Shown: positions 62,601 through 64,000 of the stretch, in pieces | How the letters are laid out: each line of letters begins with the position of its first letter | Position numbering within the stretch: the stretch's first letter is position 1 | Assembly: GCA_963710605.1 (NCBI GenBank) | Contig: CAVQBA010000006.1 | Span: 882,440 to 946,439, forward strand | From: an uncultured cyanobacterium | Lineage (GTDB): Bacteria; Cyanobacteriota; Cyanobacteriia; Cyanobacteriales; Cyanobacteriaceae | Direction: 5' to 3' | Length of the DNA: 64,000 bases | Program-made: the position numbers and the translations under genes | The notes under the pieces: generated by a model | Seen by the model: the letters and a program-made list of their open reading frames with translations, nothing else | Told to the model about the DNA's origin: nothing | Databases searched by the model: none

Positions 62601-64000
62601 TATCCCAAAAGCTAACGGAAAGAAAAAGCAGTTATCTACAACCATTAAAGATAGAGCAATGCAAGCAATTGTAAAGAAGGAGAACTGATAGGGGAAGCCC
62701 AATTGGAGGTTGAATTCTTATGGATTCCGACCAGGAAGAAGATGCCCAAGATGCAATAGAACAAATTTGGTATCGATTGAATGGACACGGGAAAGATAAG
62801 TGGGTTCTAGATGCCGACATCAAGGGAGCTTTTGACAACATTGACCATAAGTTTATTCTACGGAAAATAAAAAATTTTCCTGGAAGAGAACTAATCAAAC
62901 AATGAGACGTTACGTAGAACAGGAATTTTCATTAAAACTAAAACTGGAACACCCCAAGGTGGAGTCATTTCACCGTTACTTGCCAACATAGCCTTAGATG
63001 GTTTAAAACACCTCTCGGAGTATAAAATTGAGAGAATATACGAGTCTAACGAAAAAGGTTACAAAGGCAAAAGAATCAAAAGGGTTAGGAAAATGACCTT
63101 TCCAAAGTACAGCCTGATTAGATACGCAGATAGCTTTATAGTCACCAGCCAAAGTCAGAGATTGAAGAAGTTATACCTATAATTAAAAACTGGCTTTCTC
63201 AAAGGGGATTAGTTCTAAACAAGGACAAAACAAAAATAGTTCAAGTTAAAGACGGATTTGACTTTTTATAAAACTACAAAAGGCAAATGTCTCATTAAAA
63301 CCGGCAAAAGAGCCCTCAAAATCAGAGGAATTGAAGAAATTAAGAAAAAATTCAGGGATGAAAGCCGAAGGAGTCATTAGACATCTTAATCCAATTCTAA
63401 GAGGATGGGGGAACTACTACCAACATTCGTAGCAAAGGAAATCTTTGCATATTTCGACCATAGAATAGTTCAGTTATTATACAAATGGTCAAAGAGGAAA
63501 CATCACGGTAAAAAGCCAAATGGGTAAGGTATAGATACTTTGGTCGAGTTAAAAACAACCGTGGTTATTTTTTACCAAGATATTAAGCAGAGAGGGAAAA
63601 CCACAAAACTTGAATATCCGCACAGCCACAATCCCCATCACTCGGCACGTGAGAACAAGGAGCATCACCAGATAACCTAGATTACAAGAATACTGGACAA
63701 AAAGGAACGACAAAGAATGTAGAACAAGATTCAGCCAAGAAGGTAAACTCTACAGAGATGTTGCCCAAAACCAGAAATGGAAATGTCCAGTATGTAGTGA
63801 CACCCTAACCAATGGCATGGGATGGGAAACCCACCACATAATTCCAATCAAAATGGAGGTACGGACAAAGAATCAAACTTAATACATATACACAAATCGT
63901 GTCACAAAAACCACCATTTACCCAAGGCATGATTAAGAGCCGTATGATGAGAAATTGTCAAGTACGGTTCTGTGAGGGGGAGGGTATGGCAACATACGTC
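59597..64000. repeat. Error-rich inverted copy of 54935-59592 (probable fold-back artefact)
   Basis: Colinear reverse complement of tnpB2, spacer, tnpA, tnpB exon 1 and the intron. It is 4404 nt against 4658 nt for the original, and every ORF is broken by short indels. Confidence 0.93.

Noticed and set aside
59578-64000. ORFs in the mirrored arm (59578, 59629, 59768, 59833, 60403, 61882, 62632, 62720) as a second IS/intron copy
   Set aside because: They are broken fragments of the inverted duplicate, and the indel pattern points to an artefact rather than independent genes.
1-64000. tRNA, rRNA or cas genes
   Set aside because: None was recognised by eye; a covariance-model scan would be needed to exclude small RNAs.

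Overview
AT-rich cyanobacterial chromosomal window. It carries psbI, crtE, thiE, lpxD, cimA and mutL, frequent CGATCG/HIP1-type palindromes, and heptameric intergenic tandem repeats. Positions 1-53.8 kb are mostly housekeeping genes mixed with accessory pieces: an HhaI/HinP1I-like GCGC restriction-modification pair, toxin-antitoxin remnants, a three-glycosyltransferase cluster, a ZorA-like MotA-family membrane protein with no ZorB partner next to two TerD genes, and an FHA / FHA-flavoprotein / membrane protein / Ser-Thr kinase cluster. Several families of tiny mobile repeats are also present. Positions 54.0-59.6 kb are nested mobile DNA. A complete IS200/IS605 element (tnpA+tnpB) has its tnpB split by a full group II intron (RT-maturase-HNH), and splicing restores the frame exactly. 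A second tnpB is interrupted by a 50-nt structured element that also occurs at 20.2 kb with compensatory base changes. From about 59,595 to the end, the sequence is an indel-ridden mirror image of 54.9-59.6 kb, most likely a fold-back read or amplification artefact. Single-base frameshifts elsewhere in the window may therefore be sequencing errors. Family assignments come from motif recognition by eye; no database searches were run.
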